Of a stretch of 64,000 nucleotides of DNA, positions 9,991 to 21,677 are shown piece by piece (position 1 is the stretch's first letter; each line of letters opens with the position of its first letter). The DNA comes from Blepharisma stoltei ATCC 30299. Its lineage: Eukaryota; Protista; Ciliophora. Where the stretch lies: the NCBI GenBank assembly GCA_965603825.1, contig CBFDEM010000032.1:434001-498000 (forward strand), read 5' to 3'. The position numbers and the translations under genes are program-made. The notes beneath the pieces were generated by a model. That model was not told the DNA's origin, did not search any database, and saw nothing but the letters and a program-made list of their open reading frames with translations.

Positions 9991-12198
9991 TTATGAAATG
10001 TGAATCTTTTTATTACTAACCACATCTTCTTGCTTTGTCCTTTTCTTTGGCAGCAAAGTCATTTCATTAAGAATGTGATCAAGCTGATATGATTGCATGC
10101 ACAATTTCTCAGCTCTTTGATAGTGCTTTTGCGAATATACAGAAATAGCTTGCAATATTTCTGAAACATTAGGGAAATTGCTATAAGAAACTCTATCAAA
10201 AATTTCGTAAAGGATTCTTTGGGCGAGTGATGAGTATTTTTTCATTGAATTCCAATCCCTTATATGTGTCAACAAACTAAGCAGCCCGTCTGGATCTTCC
10301 AAGAGTGTATCAACAAACAGAATTACTTCTTTTTCCGTCATTTCTTGTGTAATTTTATATAGCATTTGTGGTCTTTTTAATCTGTGAGCAATTAATGCAG
10401 CTTCTACTTTATCTCCACTTTTCAATTTATTTTGCATTAGCTGCTCTTGCTTTATAGCTTCCCTTTTTTCTTCTAATTGCTTGGTTTCTTCTTGCTCGGT
10501 GATATCCTTTCAAAGGACTAATTTTGAGTCAATTCCTCCAGTTAATAAGAATGATTCTTCGTTAATTTTCTGGCCTCCAATAGCCCAAATCTTGTCATTG
10601 TGCTCTTCTAAGCTTAAAACACAAGTTCCAGTCTTAAAATTCCAAATTTTCAGTAAATTATCGCTACTAACGCTAGCAATCCCTGATGGTATCCATGCAA
10701 GCTTCAAAACTGCATTTGTGTGGCCTTCTAAAGTTCTTATGCAGCTATAGGTTTCTAGCGACCAGAGCTTTACGGTCATATCACCACTTGATGATGCCAA
10801 AATTCTATCTGAAGGGTGGAATATTAAATCCCATATGCCTCTTTTATGCCCTTCTAAGGTTTGTAAATTCGCAAGCTTTTTGTTCCATAGCTTGATTGTT
10901 TTATCATGAGAGCCAGATGCAATTCTTTTGGAATCTGGGGATAACCTTACAACTCCTATATCTTTCTCGTGGGCAATTGTGGTTTGCAAAGCTGTTGCTA
11001 TTTCGCCTTCTGATTTTTCCCAGATTTTGATGGTGCGGTCTTGGCTTGATGTGACTAAAAAGTTTTTTTTTGATATTGCAACGGAGATGACTTCTTCGGT
11101 ATGGCCTTTATATACAGCTAAACATTTTGTGTTATGCCAGTATCTCATTGTTTGGTCTCTTGATGCAGTTGCTATGTATTCACCAAATATATCTATGCAC
11201 AAAATATTATCAGTGTGACCTTTAAGACTTTGTACTAGAGATGTGTTTATATCAAAAAGTTTTGCTTCTGTGCTGTTTAAGGCAAGAGCGACCTTACTTT
11301 CGTTGATCCATTTCAAATCTAAAATTTCATCAATGTCTCCAATGATTTCTTTTTGTAATTTAAGCTTATTATTCAAGAAATACATAGAAAATTCTTGATT
11401 CGATACCAACATCTCTTCATTGTTTATATGTTTGATCAAATTAATCCCAAAAATAGTCACTTGCTTTTTTCTTTTCACTTCTAGTTTATTTTTTGATAAA
11501 TTTACCACATTTCCGCTATCTTCTCCAATCCAAACGCCTCCCGAAATCTCAATTGCACTTATGTCCCCTTCAGCTTTATACACCCCTTTCTCTTCCCACT
11601 TTTTGATGCTTCACAATTTCGCTTCATCTGACGTACAAGTGACCAGTGATTTTTCAAGAAAAGCCACAAATCTTGTTGGATGTTGCATTGTTATTGTGTG
11701 TCTGCAGGAATATTTCATCAAATCGAAAACTCTAATTGAATAGTCATGAGATGAAGAAGCTAGAAGAAATTCTGTAGGGTGAAAAGATAAAGACAAAATA
11801 GGCCCAGAGTGCTGTTTGAAACAGTGTGTTAAATATGATTGTTCCAGCTGGTAAACTCTAATTGAGTTATCGCTGCCACCTGTAGCTAGCAAAGCATCTC
11901 TTGGATCGACTTGAAGTATTGTAATGGCACAGTCGCTTTTCCATATCTTTGGAGGATCCTTGTGGAATCTTATGATGTTGTCGACCCCAGAAGTGACTAA
12001 AGTTCCACTTTTTGTGAGGTCAAAGCAGGTGACATCTTCACCTGTATGAGAAAGAATTTGGAAATTTTCCAAGCTAAAACAGATAACTTGGTCTTTGTAT
12101 AGCGAAAATCCCATAGTCCCTTCTTGGTCCACACAAAGTTTCCCACCAGCGAAGACTGAACGGAAAACTTTTTCTGCTCTTCATACTTGGCTTTTCAT
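9991..12198 (-). CDS. TBL3: WD40 SSU-processome protein TBL3/UTP13, about 735 aa
   Basis: Three track ORFs join in frame via TGA=Trp at WD-repeat ends (AKL-W, KLVL-W-KD). Motifs GHKRGIW and GHTNAVLK. C-terminal Utp13 motif IRDWNS...AQRIL. Confidence 0.88.
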
Positions 12199-12245
12199 AT
12201 TAATTCAGCCAATTTATTATTAAAGATAAACACGTACCCTTATAA

Positions 12246-13463
12246 ATGGTAAAAACCATTGCGATTATACACCCAGATCTTGGTATTGGCGGTGCTGAGC
12301 AATTAATCGTTAATATTGCATTAGCATTACAAGCTTCGGGAAATTTTGTCAGAATTTATACACCTCATCATGATCCATCAAGAGCGTTTAAAGAAACTAC
12401 TGATGGGACTTTATCTGTGGAAGTAAGAGGAAATATATGCCCACCAACGTTTTTCGGAAGATTTGTGGCTTTATGCTCTTTGATTCGTATGCTGCTAGCA
12501 AGCTTATTTGTAGTTTTATATGCGGGGAGATATGATATTATTATAGTAGATCAAGTTTCAGCTATTTTGCCAATTTTTTGGATATGCCCTAGTAAGGTTG
12601 TTTTTTATTGCCATTACCCTGATCAGCTGCTATGCACAAACAGAAGTTCATTATTGAAAAGAATATATAGATTTCCATTAGATAAAGCTGAATGATTAGG
12701 ATTAAAAACTGCAGACAGGATTTTTGTAAATAGTAATTTCACAAAAGGGGTCGTAACAGGGCTATTTAGAGCTTTAGACGCTGAAAAAATCAATGTGGTT
12801 TATCCTTGTGTCGATTTAACTTATGAAGAAATTGATAGCCCACCTGGATTTTTAGATGGGAAAAAATATTTTTTCTCTTTGAATAGGTATGAAAGAAAGA
12901 AAAACATACAAAGAGCAATTGAAGGATATGCAAATTTGAAAAAAAGAAGCGCAAAGCTAGTAATAGGAGGAGGGTGGGACCCAAGGATGGCTGAAAATGT
13001 TGAGCATATAGAAGAACTCAGAAATAAAGCTGAATCTTTAGGACTGAAATGCGTAGAAGTTAAAGATTTTTCCAAGCCTTTAGAAAGCTATGATGTATAT
13101 TTTGTTAAAAATTTATCACATAGAGAAAGAGAGCAAGCACTTCAGCATGCAATATGTGTTTTATATACTCCAGAAAATGGTAATTTATATACAGAACATT
13201 TTGGAATTGTCCCAGTTGAAGCAATGGGAAGAGGAACGCCTGTCATAGCTATGAAGAGCGGAGGACCAACTGAGTCAGTTATACATGGTGAAACCGGATT
13301 TCTTGTAGAAAATGAAGAAGGATGGAGCAACTATATGGAAACTTTAGAAAGCAAAGAAAATCTCAGGAAGAAGTTTGGGGAGCAAGGAAAAAAGCACGCA
13401 AATAAATTTTTTTCTCTTAAGGGGATGAAATATCAATTGGAAGAAGAATTTGAAACTTTATAG
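12246..13463 (+). CDS. ALG2: Alpha-1,3/1,6-mannosyltransferase ALG2, about 400 aa
   Basis: Motifs HPDLGIGGAE, FYCHYPD, VNSNFT and SLNRYERKKN. YTPEN-EHFGIVPVEAM is restored by removing a 15-nt intron at 13180-13194. One TGA=Trp at 12693. TAG stop. Confidence 0.93.
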
Positions 13464-13489
13464 GATAGATAAATTATTATGAAAATTAA

Positions 13490-14002
13490 ATGCACAGCAT
13501 TCTATGAAGACTGAATGCACCTTTTTTCTTTGGAGTTATTGTGCTAGGGATTTTGACTGGAATCAATGTGATAAGCACTTATTTTGTGGACTATAGAGTT
13601 GATACGAGCATTCAGAATATTCATGTCAATAAATTTATAAATAATTCAAGATTCCATTGGGAAGAGGCTGAGCTATCATTCGATTTGAAAGGAGATTTCA
13701 GTGAAGTCTTTAATTGAAATGTGAATTATATATATATTTATGTGGAACTAGATTATGAATCTCCTATGAGAAATGCAATCATTATATGAGACAAAATAAT
13801 ACCGAGATTTTATTATAAGCCTCTTAAAATCGAGTATAAATCAGAAAAAGGCAAATACACACTTAAGAACAAGGGATACAATTTACGAGGGAAAAATGTT
13901 TTAGCCAAAATAAAACTAGAAATCGAGCCAATAGCTGGGTTTATATTTAAAATTGAAGGCTCTCATTCGAATATCACATTTCCTACAAATTATAGCTATT
14001 AA
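13490..14002 (+). CDS. SPCS3: Signal peptidase complex subunit 3 (SPC22/23), 170 aa; absent from the ORF track
   Basis: Translates as MHSILWRLNA...FDLKGDFSEVFNWNVNYIYIYV...NAIIIWDKII...FPTNY. The conserved Trp residues of FNWN and WDKI are encoded by TGA. Confidence 0.9.
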
Positions 14003-14036
14003 TCTCACTTATCTAAAAATTATTATAATAAAATCT

Positions 14037-16199
14037 ATGTCAAAGCTTGAGCAAGCCCTTCAAGAGCTTTTTCCGAGCAATGACCCACTGGACGCTCCAG
14101 ATTTCGATCCAGTTGCTTACATAAATTCTCAATTTCCCAACGAACAGAGCTTGTCAGGCATAGAAACAGTTCAAGCAAAACTCAAAGAAGAATACTCAAA
14201 TGTAACAAGTGAAATTTCCCAATTAATAAGGGAGCAAGCCAACCTGCGCGATTCTGCAATTTCTGAGCTATCAAACTCTAAGCAGACAATCAGTGAGCTT
14301 CAAGACAAAATTTTAATTATGAAGAAAAAGGCTGAAACATCAGAAGAAATGGTCGAAGAAATCTGCCAAGATATAAGAAGTCTTGACATTGCCAAAAAAA
14401 ATCTAACTAAAGTGGTATCATCATTAAAAAGACTCGGAATGCTCACACACGGAATTGACCAATTAGAAGGCGTCAGTGAGAAAAAGCAGTATAGAATGGC
14501 TGCAGCTTTACTGAACGCCACAACTGATTTGTTTTCACAATTCGAAGACTGTAAGAATTCTCCCTCATTAGTAACTTTGAAAAAACGTCGGGATCATATT
14601 GCTTCTGAGCTTCGTTTGCAAGTTCTTGAAGATTTTAGAGAAATGGAAAATGTGGCTCCTGAAATACTGGCTGAAGCATGCATATGTGCTGATGAGTTAG
14701 GAGAAGAAACAAGAGCTGATGTCTGCGATTTCCTGTGCTCACATTTTTTAGAGCCTTACATAAAATTATTTCAGCCAGGAGAAATGCATGCTGGATTTGA
14801 AAATGTAGAACGCCGCTATGCATGGCTTAAAAGGTGTTTAAGAGATATTAAGGATAATCATTTACAAAATTTCCCATCCCATTGGGGCGTTTTGTCATTA
14901 ATTGCTAGAGAATTTTGCGAGCTCACTAAAAAACACTTTATAGCACTTTTAGATAAAGGAGAAACTGACACCGGAGGACTTGTGGTGGCTTTACAGAAGA
15001 CAATGCAATTTGAACAAGAAATGCACAAGCGATTCGCTGCACATGTTCAGCAGCCAAAGGAATCAGAGCCTGTGATTCTTGATAGAGCCTTAGGAGATTA
15101 TGATCCATATAGCTATTCGCAAGCACCTCATAAAGCAGCGCCAACCCCTAAGTTCATAGGCGTCATTTCGATATGTTTTAATCCGTATTTGAGCAAATTT
15201 TGTGAAGATGAAGAGAATAAGTTGACAGAAAACGTGGAACAGTTTTTAAATGAAGATAACTTAACAGAAGGCACTGTTTTGCCATCAAGTATAAGGCTAT
15301 TCAGCTCGATTAGGCAGACTTTTAATAAGTGTCTTTCATTTACCACTGGAAAAATATTGAGTGAGCTATGCGAAGTTTTTAAAAGAATTTTGCAATACTA
15401 TGCTGAAAAACTTGTACAAAAACTGCCAAAAGTGGATAAGCCAGTAAAATTGGCAGAAGGAGAAGAGATAATGATAGCTTTTATTATAAATACAGCTGAA
15501 TACTGCAGAAATACTATAGTTGAAATGGAAACAACTATTAGAGCGAAGCTTGAAACCCAGTATGATGTAGAATTTTACCCAGAAGTGAACACATTTTTAG
15601 AGTAATTTTTATTCAGACTTGCTGGAAGAGGAGTCCAAAGCTTGATTTTGGGGATTGACACCAAGATGGAACCTCATTTTGTAACGATGACCAAAATGAA
15701 TTGGCTGCTAGAAGGAGTAGGAGATAAGAGCGAATACATCGTAAAACTCAATGAAGTGGTCTTAGGCTACAGTAAAAACATTGCGACAGTGCTAAATGAA
15801 GACTATTATGTCACTTTTCTTAATAAACTTGCTGAGTATTATTTATGTAGGATGATCAATATGAAATTAGTCACAAGCATTTATAAGTGCAAAAGAATTG
15901 GGGAATTCGGGGCTCAGCAAATTTTACTGGATTGTTTTGAGCTCAAACAAAAGTTTTTGACTCTTCAAGCTAAAAATTCAAGCTTCAGCGGGATCGTCAA
16001 TAGGCTGTTCCATAAAACTGAAGGGTTGCTGAAAATTATTAGTAGCCCGCCTGAAAGAGTCCAAGAAAATTATTCTTCTTTGATTGATAACCCAAATCAG
16101 CAGGATTTTGAAAAGCTTCTTACGATTATGGGTTTAAAAAAGAGCGATCACCCTTGGGAAAGCCTTACAAAGCCTGCAAAAAAACTGTTTAACTTTTAG
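14037..16199 (+). CDS. VPS53: GARP/EARP complex subunit VPS53, about 710 aa
   Basis: Motifs DPLDAPDFDPVAYINSQFPNEQSL, LDIAKKNLT, ERRYAWLKR, INTAEYC and GAQQILLD. Intron 15602-15616 is needed to keep the frame open; intron 15836-15850 is probable. Confidence 0.92.
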
Positions 16200-16219
16200 A
16201 TTAGTTTTCAAATTATATG

Positions 16220-16819
16220 TTAAAGTATTTGATAAATCGGTTGCGGTTCTTTTTCTATTACTTCTGAGCTTGCGCCAATACGGAAATCTACAGTTTGCAC
16301 AGTAATTGGCCTTTTCCCTCCAAATGCTGTACTCGGCAAGCTCTTCCTCGGAGTCTCTGACTTTTTTCTATCTGCTAAATGTGGTCGAGAAATAATTTCT
16401 TTATATTTCCTTGACGCTTTATACCCAGCTTCTCATTTTTTGACTGATAAAGTAGGACGAATATTGATTAGTCTATCTGCAAATTGTAAATTATCGTACT
16501 CAATTCTACTTTTTTCCTTCATTGTTGACGAGAGTCTCCTTAAATTATGCTTTTTCTTATGTGCTTTCACAATTGTTATGCCAGAAGTCACATCTAATAG
16601 CTTGTGCAGGAACCTATTATTTTCTTCATAAAGTCAGTTAACTTTCTCTGGAGATTTATTTTTGCGCTTACAAGGAGCTGAATGATAAAAGCTTGGCAAT
16701 AAATTATCGATTCTTCGGCTAGGAGTTTTCATTATTTCGGCTAGTTTTTGTTTGTGCTTTGATATTAAGTTTGTCCAGTCTTTGAATTGTGTGATTCTGT
16801 TATCTATATAATCTCCCAT
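16220..16819 (-). CDS. CFAP97/KIAA1430(hemingway)-like ciliary protein, 199 aa
   Basis: The track ORF extends through two TGA=Trp codons to a TAA at 16220. Pattern HKQKL..I...RIDN..P, EENNRFLHKL and RIEYDN..FADRLINIRP...W...Y. Confidence 0.6.
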
Positions 16820-16843
16820 TTATAAAGCGGAAAATTAAAGAAA

Positions 16844-17350
16844 TTAGTTATTAGTTTTAACATCTTCGTCAGAGAGCTCTCCTAGATCAGGATAAGATTC
16901 TATATCTTTTATCATGCTCTTGAACTGAGAGTCAATTTCTTTTGCATTTTTCTGAATTCCATCAGTGGTTGTAGATCTTACATTGATGTTTTCGCTACAG
17001 ACTGCGAGTCTTTTTCTGATTTCTGCCAAATCATCGTCTCCTTTTTTGAGTCCGCTCGTCATGTTCTCAACTTCTTTGATCATGTCTTCAAAGGACATTG
17101 GCTGATAATCAGCTGGAATTTGTTCTTCTATTTCATTAATTTCAGCTTCAGTAAGGAATGTTTCTTTATCGGTTGTTTTATTTTTTAAGGATGCTAGCCT
17201 TTTCTTTGTTATTGTGCCAGCTGATATGGGAGGTTGAGTTTTTGGAGGGTTGGTGTTTCCAAACGCAGCTGAGATGCTTTCTGCTATTGCTCCAGGCCGA
17301 AGTCTCCAGCTTACATCAGTTTTGCTCCTTATAAGTGAGTTTGAATCCAT
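16844..17350 (-). CDS. Hypothetical coiled-coil protein, 168 aa
   Basis: Uninterrupted ORF from ATG to TAA with a heptad-like C-terminal half. Confidence 0.65.
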
Positions 17351-17974
17351 TTTAAAATATATGCATGAAGTTTTGATAGTAAATTAAAGAAACTTTATGC
17401 AAAAGTGGCATTCCTATTTTTTAACTTGTTGCAAAATTACTATTTTTATTGAAACCTCATAAATATTCAAGTGCCTATATAATTAATTTGATCTTATAAA
17501 AATCGATCATTTTTCTTGAACTTGACTAATCTAAATACTTCTAATAAATTGTTGCTGCCTCACTGCCAAGAAAACCCAAAATATGGATATTATCTTATAA
17601 GTTCTGGTCATAATTTTTTAACATTTAAATTGCTATTCTTACCAGAAAAAAGTTACGATACTGGTTTCAGAGTTTAGCTTCGATTATGATTATCTATTCG
17701 CTGACTTACTAGCATTATTAAAAATCTTAATTATCTTATATCTTCGTCAGTAATACGGTTTAGGTTCGGCCTAATTAATCTTATAAACCATTATTATTTT
17801 TCAATTAAAAATAAAATAATTTTCTTTATCCTTATAATCTCTTCCTTAACACAAATTACCATTTTGTTCTCTGCATCCACAAATTATAAATTTAATTCCA
17901 AAATGTACAGCAAAATTTAAAGATTACCTGATATCCTCATCTTCTCATAAAAAAAATTATGACATAAACATAAT

Positions 17975-18787
17975 ATGGGCACTTGTGTTTCTGCCAATTC
18001 TGCTAACAAAGTTGTTTCTATCAAGATTGACAACACAAACATAAAAGAAACTGAGCACTCCCTTGCCGATAAACGATACAGCAGCCAAGTAAACAGAAAA
18101 ATCCTTTTGGATTATTACGCAGCTGCCCGAAGCCAAATGCATAGAAAAATAAAACAACTATTCGAAATCATTTTTTCAGGAGACCATTTGGACACCAAAG
18201 AAATCAATTTAAATTTCACAAAAATTGACGTTGTAGGGATTTACCACATAAAAACAGTTCTGCAATATTTTGAGAACTTGAAATCCCTGAGTCTTTGGAA
18301 AACAGGGATTGTGTCAAGAGATCTCAAAAGGCTTTCAAAATCGTTTGAGACGCTGGTAAAGCTGGAAAATTTGAACTTGCAGGGAAATAATATTGATTCT
18401 GAAGGGGGGAAATATTTATCAGGGATTCTCCGCAAAACCAGGCAGCTTAAAACTTTGTATTTGAGTGAAAATCAGTTAGGATACGAAGGGACAATTAGTT
18501 TTGCACCATCCTTGAGATCAATTTCAAATTTAGAGCAGCTAGCGCTGGATGAAAACAAAATCCAGGATGAAGGGCTAGCTGCACTGATACCGAATTTACT
18601 GTATATGACAAAACTGAAGTATTTAGGGTTAAGATATAACGACTTAACTATAAATTCTAAAAACAACTTGGAGCTTTTGGCAACCACACTCACAAATCTG
18701 AAAACTCTGGGTTTAAGAGATAACGAAATTCCAGACAGCATTCTACAGGTCATTAAATTCCGTGCACCAAAGATAGAGTTTGTTTAA
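17975..18787 (+). CDS. RI-like leucine-rich-repeat protein with MGxC N-terminus, 270 aa
   Basis: 28-residue LRRs (LxxLxLxxNxIxxxG) repeated about 6 times. Confidence 0.85.
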   Translation: MGTCVSANSANKVVSIKIDNTNIKETEHSLADKRYSSQVNRKILLDYYAAARSQMHRKIKQLFEIIFSGDHLDTKEINLNFTKIDVVGIYHIKTVLQYFENLKSLSLWKTGIVSRDLKRLSKSFETLVKLENLNLQGNNIDSEGGKYLSGILRKTRQLKTLYLSENQLGYEGTISFAPSLRSISNLEQLALDENKIQDEGLAALIPNLLYMTKLKYLGLRYNDLTINSKNNLELLATTLTNLKTLGLRDNEIPDSILQVIKFRAPKIEFV

Positions 18788-18879
18788 TTGCCTCGTAGAA
18801 TATAAACTATAAAATATCGTAGATATTACATAAATACAAATTCCTGTTATATTTATTTTCATAATTAAATACCATTTAG

Positions 18880-19507
18880 CTATAACTCTTCCAAATCCTT
18901 CGCTTCCTCCTCTAGCTTCTGAAGAAAACTCAGCTTTGATAGAGCTTCCCTAATTGCCATCCAATTTTCTTGCTTAAATCCTTTATCTATACACTTTTTG
19001 AGTTCCTCCTCATCTTTTTGCACTTCTCTCAATATCTTTTTGGCTGCCCTCGCCCCTTGCTGCTGAAGAGTCTCCCTTTTGCTAATCTGCTCTTCCAAAA
19101 ATTCAATATCATCCATTGCAAAATCTTCAACATTTTCATTGTGCAGCTTGAGCTAACTAGTTTCTCACCAAGTATTTTCCTCTCTGTACATCACAACTCA
19201 GCGTCTGGTATGCTTCTGATAGGAATTTTGAGTAATTTGGATTTGTAATTCCATTAGACCTTAATACATCTGGATGCAAAACCTTTTGAAAAAGCTTGTA
19301 CTTCTTGTGAAGATCTTCTTTGTCTATCAAATAGCTTTGTTCCCTTTATAAAAATTACATAATATATAACTTGTAATAATTTACCCCTGCTTCTAGAACA
19401 GCTTGAGCTTCGTCGTAGCAGAGAGGGCAAAAGAGCTTGCAGTAGTGGGGATGCTTCATTAAAGCTTTGCATTTGTGAGCAAATCCTCGAGAAAGAAAAC
19501 CCAACAT
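18880..19507 (-). CDS. HSCB: Mitochondrial Fe-S cluster co-chaperone HscB/Jac1 (J-domain), about 198 aa
   Basis: Removing introns 19344-19358 (15 nt) and 19153-19168 (16 nt, GTGAG donor) gives a presequence-like start, a Cys cluster (CKLFCPLC), NYYKL, LHPD, AYQTL...RGKYLL and EFLEEQ. TAG stop. Confidence 0.85.
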
Positions 19508-19557
19508 ATTTATTACATTGGCTGGAGAAAATAGTTAGGTTAAATATAATAATTTAA

Positions 19558-20682
19558 TTAGTAGTCTGCGCTGCTCATTTCTCTGTCATTTAAAGTCTTA
19601 GAACTCTGGATCTCTGCTTTAAGCCTCTCAATTTTTTGTTGCTGCTCTTGGACTGTTTCTTTGAGCTCTTTTATTTTTTTTTCTTCTTCAGCGACCATGG
19701 ATTGTCTTACAGAGCGGACTCCCGGCTCTTGAGGAGTCAGGCCTTGGTCTAGATCATTCTGGACTTTTTGTGTTTTTTCCTCAATCGTGCTTATTTCTGT
19801 GTCTAACTCTGTTAGCTCTTGAGTTAGTGATTTATTTTCACCTTTGATTTCTTTAATTTGATTTAAAGCTGCTTCAATTTCGTCTATTAATTTCTCTTCT
19901 TTCTCTCCTCGTTTTCTCGTCTTGTTTTCTCTGACTGGAGGAGCTTCTTCCTCTTCAAGTTTCCTCAGCAGTCTTTCTTTTTCTGCTTGTTTTTCGGCAA
20001 TTATGTTCCTTGCTTCCTCTAATTCAGCTTTATCTCTCTCCAATGCGTCTTTTAATGATTCAGCTTCATATTTCAAGACATTTATGCTCCCATACTGGCC
20101 ATCCCTATCTTCCTCTGCAGCCTGGATTTTATTCCTCATCTTCCCATATTTCTTTGCAATTTTTTCTTTTTTCACCTTCAGAGTATCAGCTTGGTGCTGC
20201 TGTTCTTCCACTCGATAATTCGCATCATTTTGCACTTGCTCAAGCTTCTCTTCTAATTGTTCTTTTTCTTTTATCAGCATTTCATTTTCTCGTTTTGCGC
20301 TTTCTAACTGTATTTGTAGCTCATCATTATCACTGCGGGCTCTATTTAGCTCATAAGTATAGGTTTCAGAAATTTTATTCTCCTTTGATTTTTGGAAGCA
20401 GGAATTACAGATTCTTTGAGGCTTGTCAAAGTCAGGATGCCTGGCTCGCGTTTTTGAGCAGTCTCCACATGTTCCTCTCCAGCAAAACTTGCACCGAAAC
20501 TTCTTTTCATTTATTAAAGAAATTTTGCTACCAAACTTCTTTTTGCATATGTGGCAAACTTTGTCTTTTTTTCACTGCTGCTCATTTGGGGCGATGTCAA
20601 TATAAACGTCGTAGATGGACTTGTTCGGGTCGACGAAAGAACTGTTGTTGCTTGAGGTGTCTGACTTATTGTCCTCGTCCAT
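19558..20682 (-). CDS. FYVE-like Zn finger + long coiled-coil protein, 374 aa
   Basis: WKKD (W encoded by TGA), CHIC, CKFC...CGDC and RICNSC, in frame with the coiled-coil track ORF 19558-20280. Confidence 0.8.
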
Positions 20683-21040
20683 TTTATCACCAGAGTGAAT
20701 ATAATAAAATTAATGTATTTGGAGTTATATGGATATACGAGAAGACTTAATTACTATTCTTGGTAAAAGTTAGTATGAAGGTTTCAGAATGAAAGCTAAT
20801 TTATTATTTCTATTTGTTTTATTGAGAGCACGTAAAAGCTTCATGGTTTGTAATTTGAATTGCTGGATTGAATATAAAGCAAAAGCATTTAAAACAAAAC
20901 CGGATATTGTTATGAATTCCATGATGCTATTGATTAATCTAATGAAAATATTTACTATAGTCCATTTTTCTCGTCAACTTAAGATACTGTAAGAATAGTT
21001 TGCTTGGCATTAATTTATCATAATATATATAACTTGCAAT

Positions 21041-21677
21041 ATGGAAAGAGAATCTATCTTCATTGCAAGTGCAGAAGTTAAGAGTTATGACATTGTAATC
21101 TTAATAATAGCAAGATATCTACGATCTTGAAGATTGCTTAGATATTTTCGATTCAATAGTTCAAGATCTTAAAATCCCCAATAAAAAGAAAAGTGAAATC
21201 AGTGAAGTAATTTTTACACAGCTCATGGCGAAATATGTATACATGGAAGATTCAATTTTAGATGGCCTAGATAAGCTTCCAAAGTCAGCCAAAACCGCTA
21301 AAATGCAACAAGTAAAGACTATTTAGAGACTTCTAGATGATACCCAAAAATTTAATGAATTAGGATGCGATTTCCAGGATACATGAAACAACGAATACTG
21401 GTCAGTTTACGAATTAACTAGAGATGGATATAATTCTAAATCATTGAAAACAAACCAAGACCAAATCCCAGGCAAAACGATAAAACAAATTTCAAAGGAG
21501 TTATATGACTTGCAAGATATGGCACTAGTTTTAAGCAGAATGAGTCGAGGCGGCGAAAATAAAGACATCCATGGCTACCAATCTTTAGCTGCAATCGATG
21601 AAGAAGCAGAGCATTACTCAACCCCTCCCAGACAAAATGCAGCTAATAGAAGCTGCAAAGTATGCGTTTTATATTAA
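21041..21677 (+). CDS. Hypothetical protein with C-terminal CxxCaaX-like end (CKVCVLY), about 196 aa
   Basis: Continuous frame after removing introns 21095-21110 (16 nt), 21207-21221 (15 nt, in frame, probable) and 21312-21326 (15 nt), with one TGA=Trp. Confidence 0.7.

Noticed and set aside
13953-14036. Track start of VPS53 at a TTG
   Set aside because: It overlaps the SPCS3 3' end. The ATG at 14037 gives the conserved VPS53 N-terminus.
19254-19472. 72-aa - strand ORF
   Set aside because: It is an off-frame reading across the intron-containing HscB gene.
20010-20750. 246-aa + strand ORF
   Set aside because: It is the antisense shadow of the FYVE/coiled-coil gene and shows no protein-like features.
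20789-20992. 67-aa + strand ORF in a spacer
   Set aside because: AT-rich, with no recognisable motif. I cannot support it as a gene.
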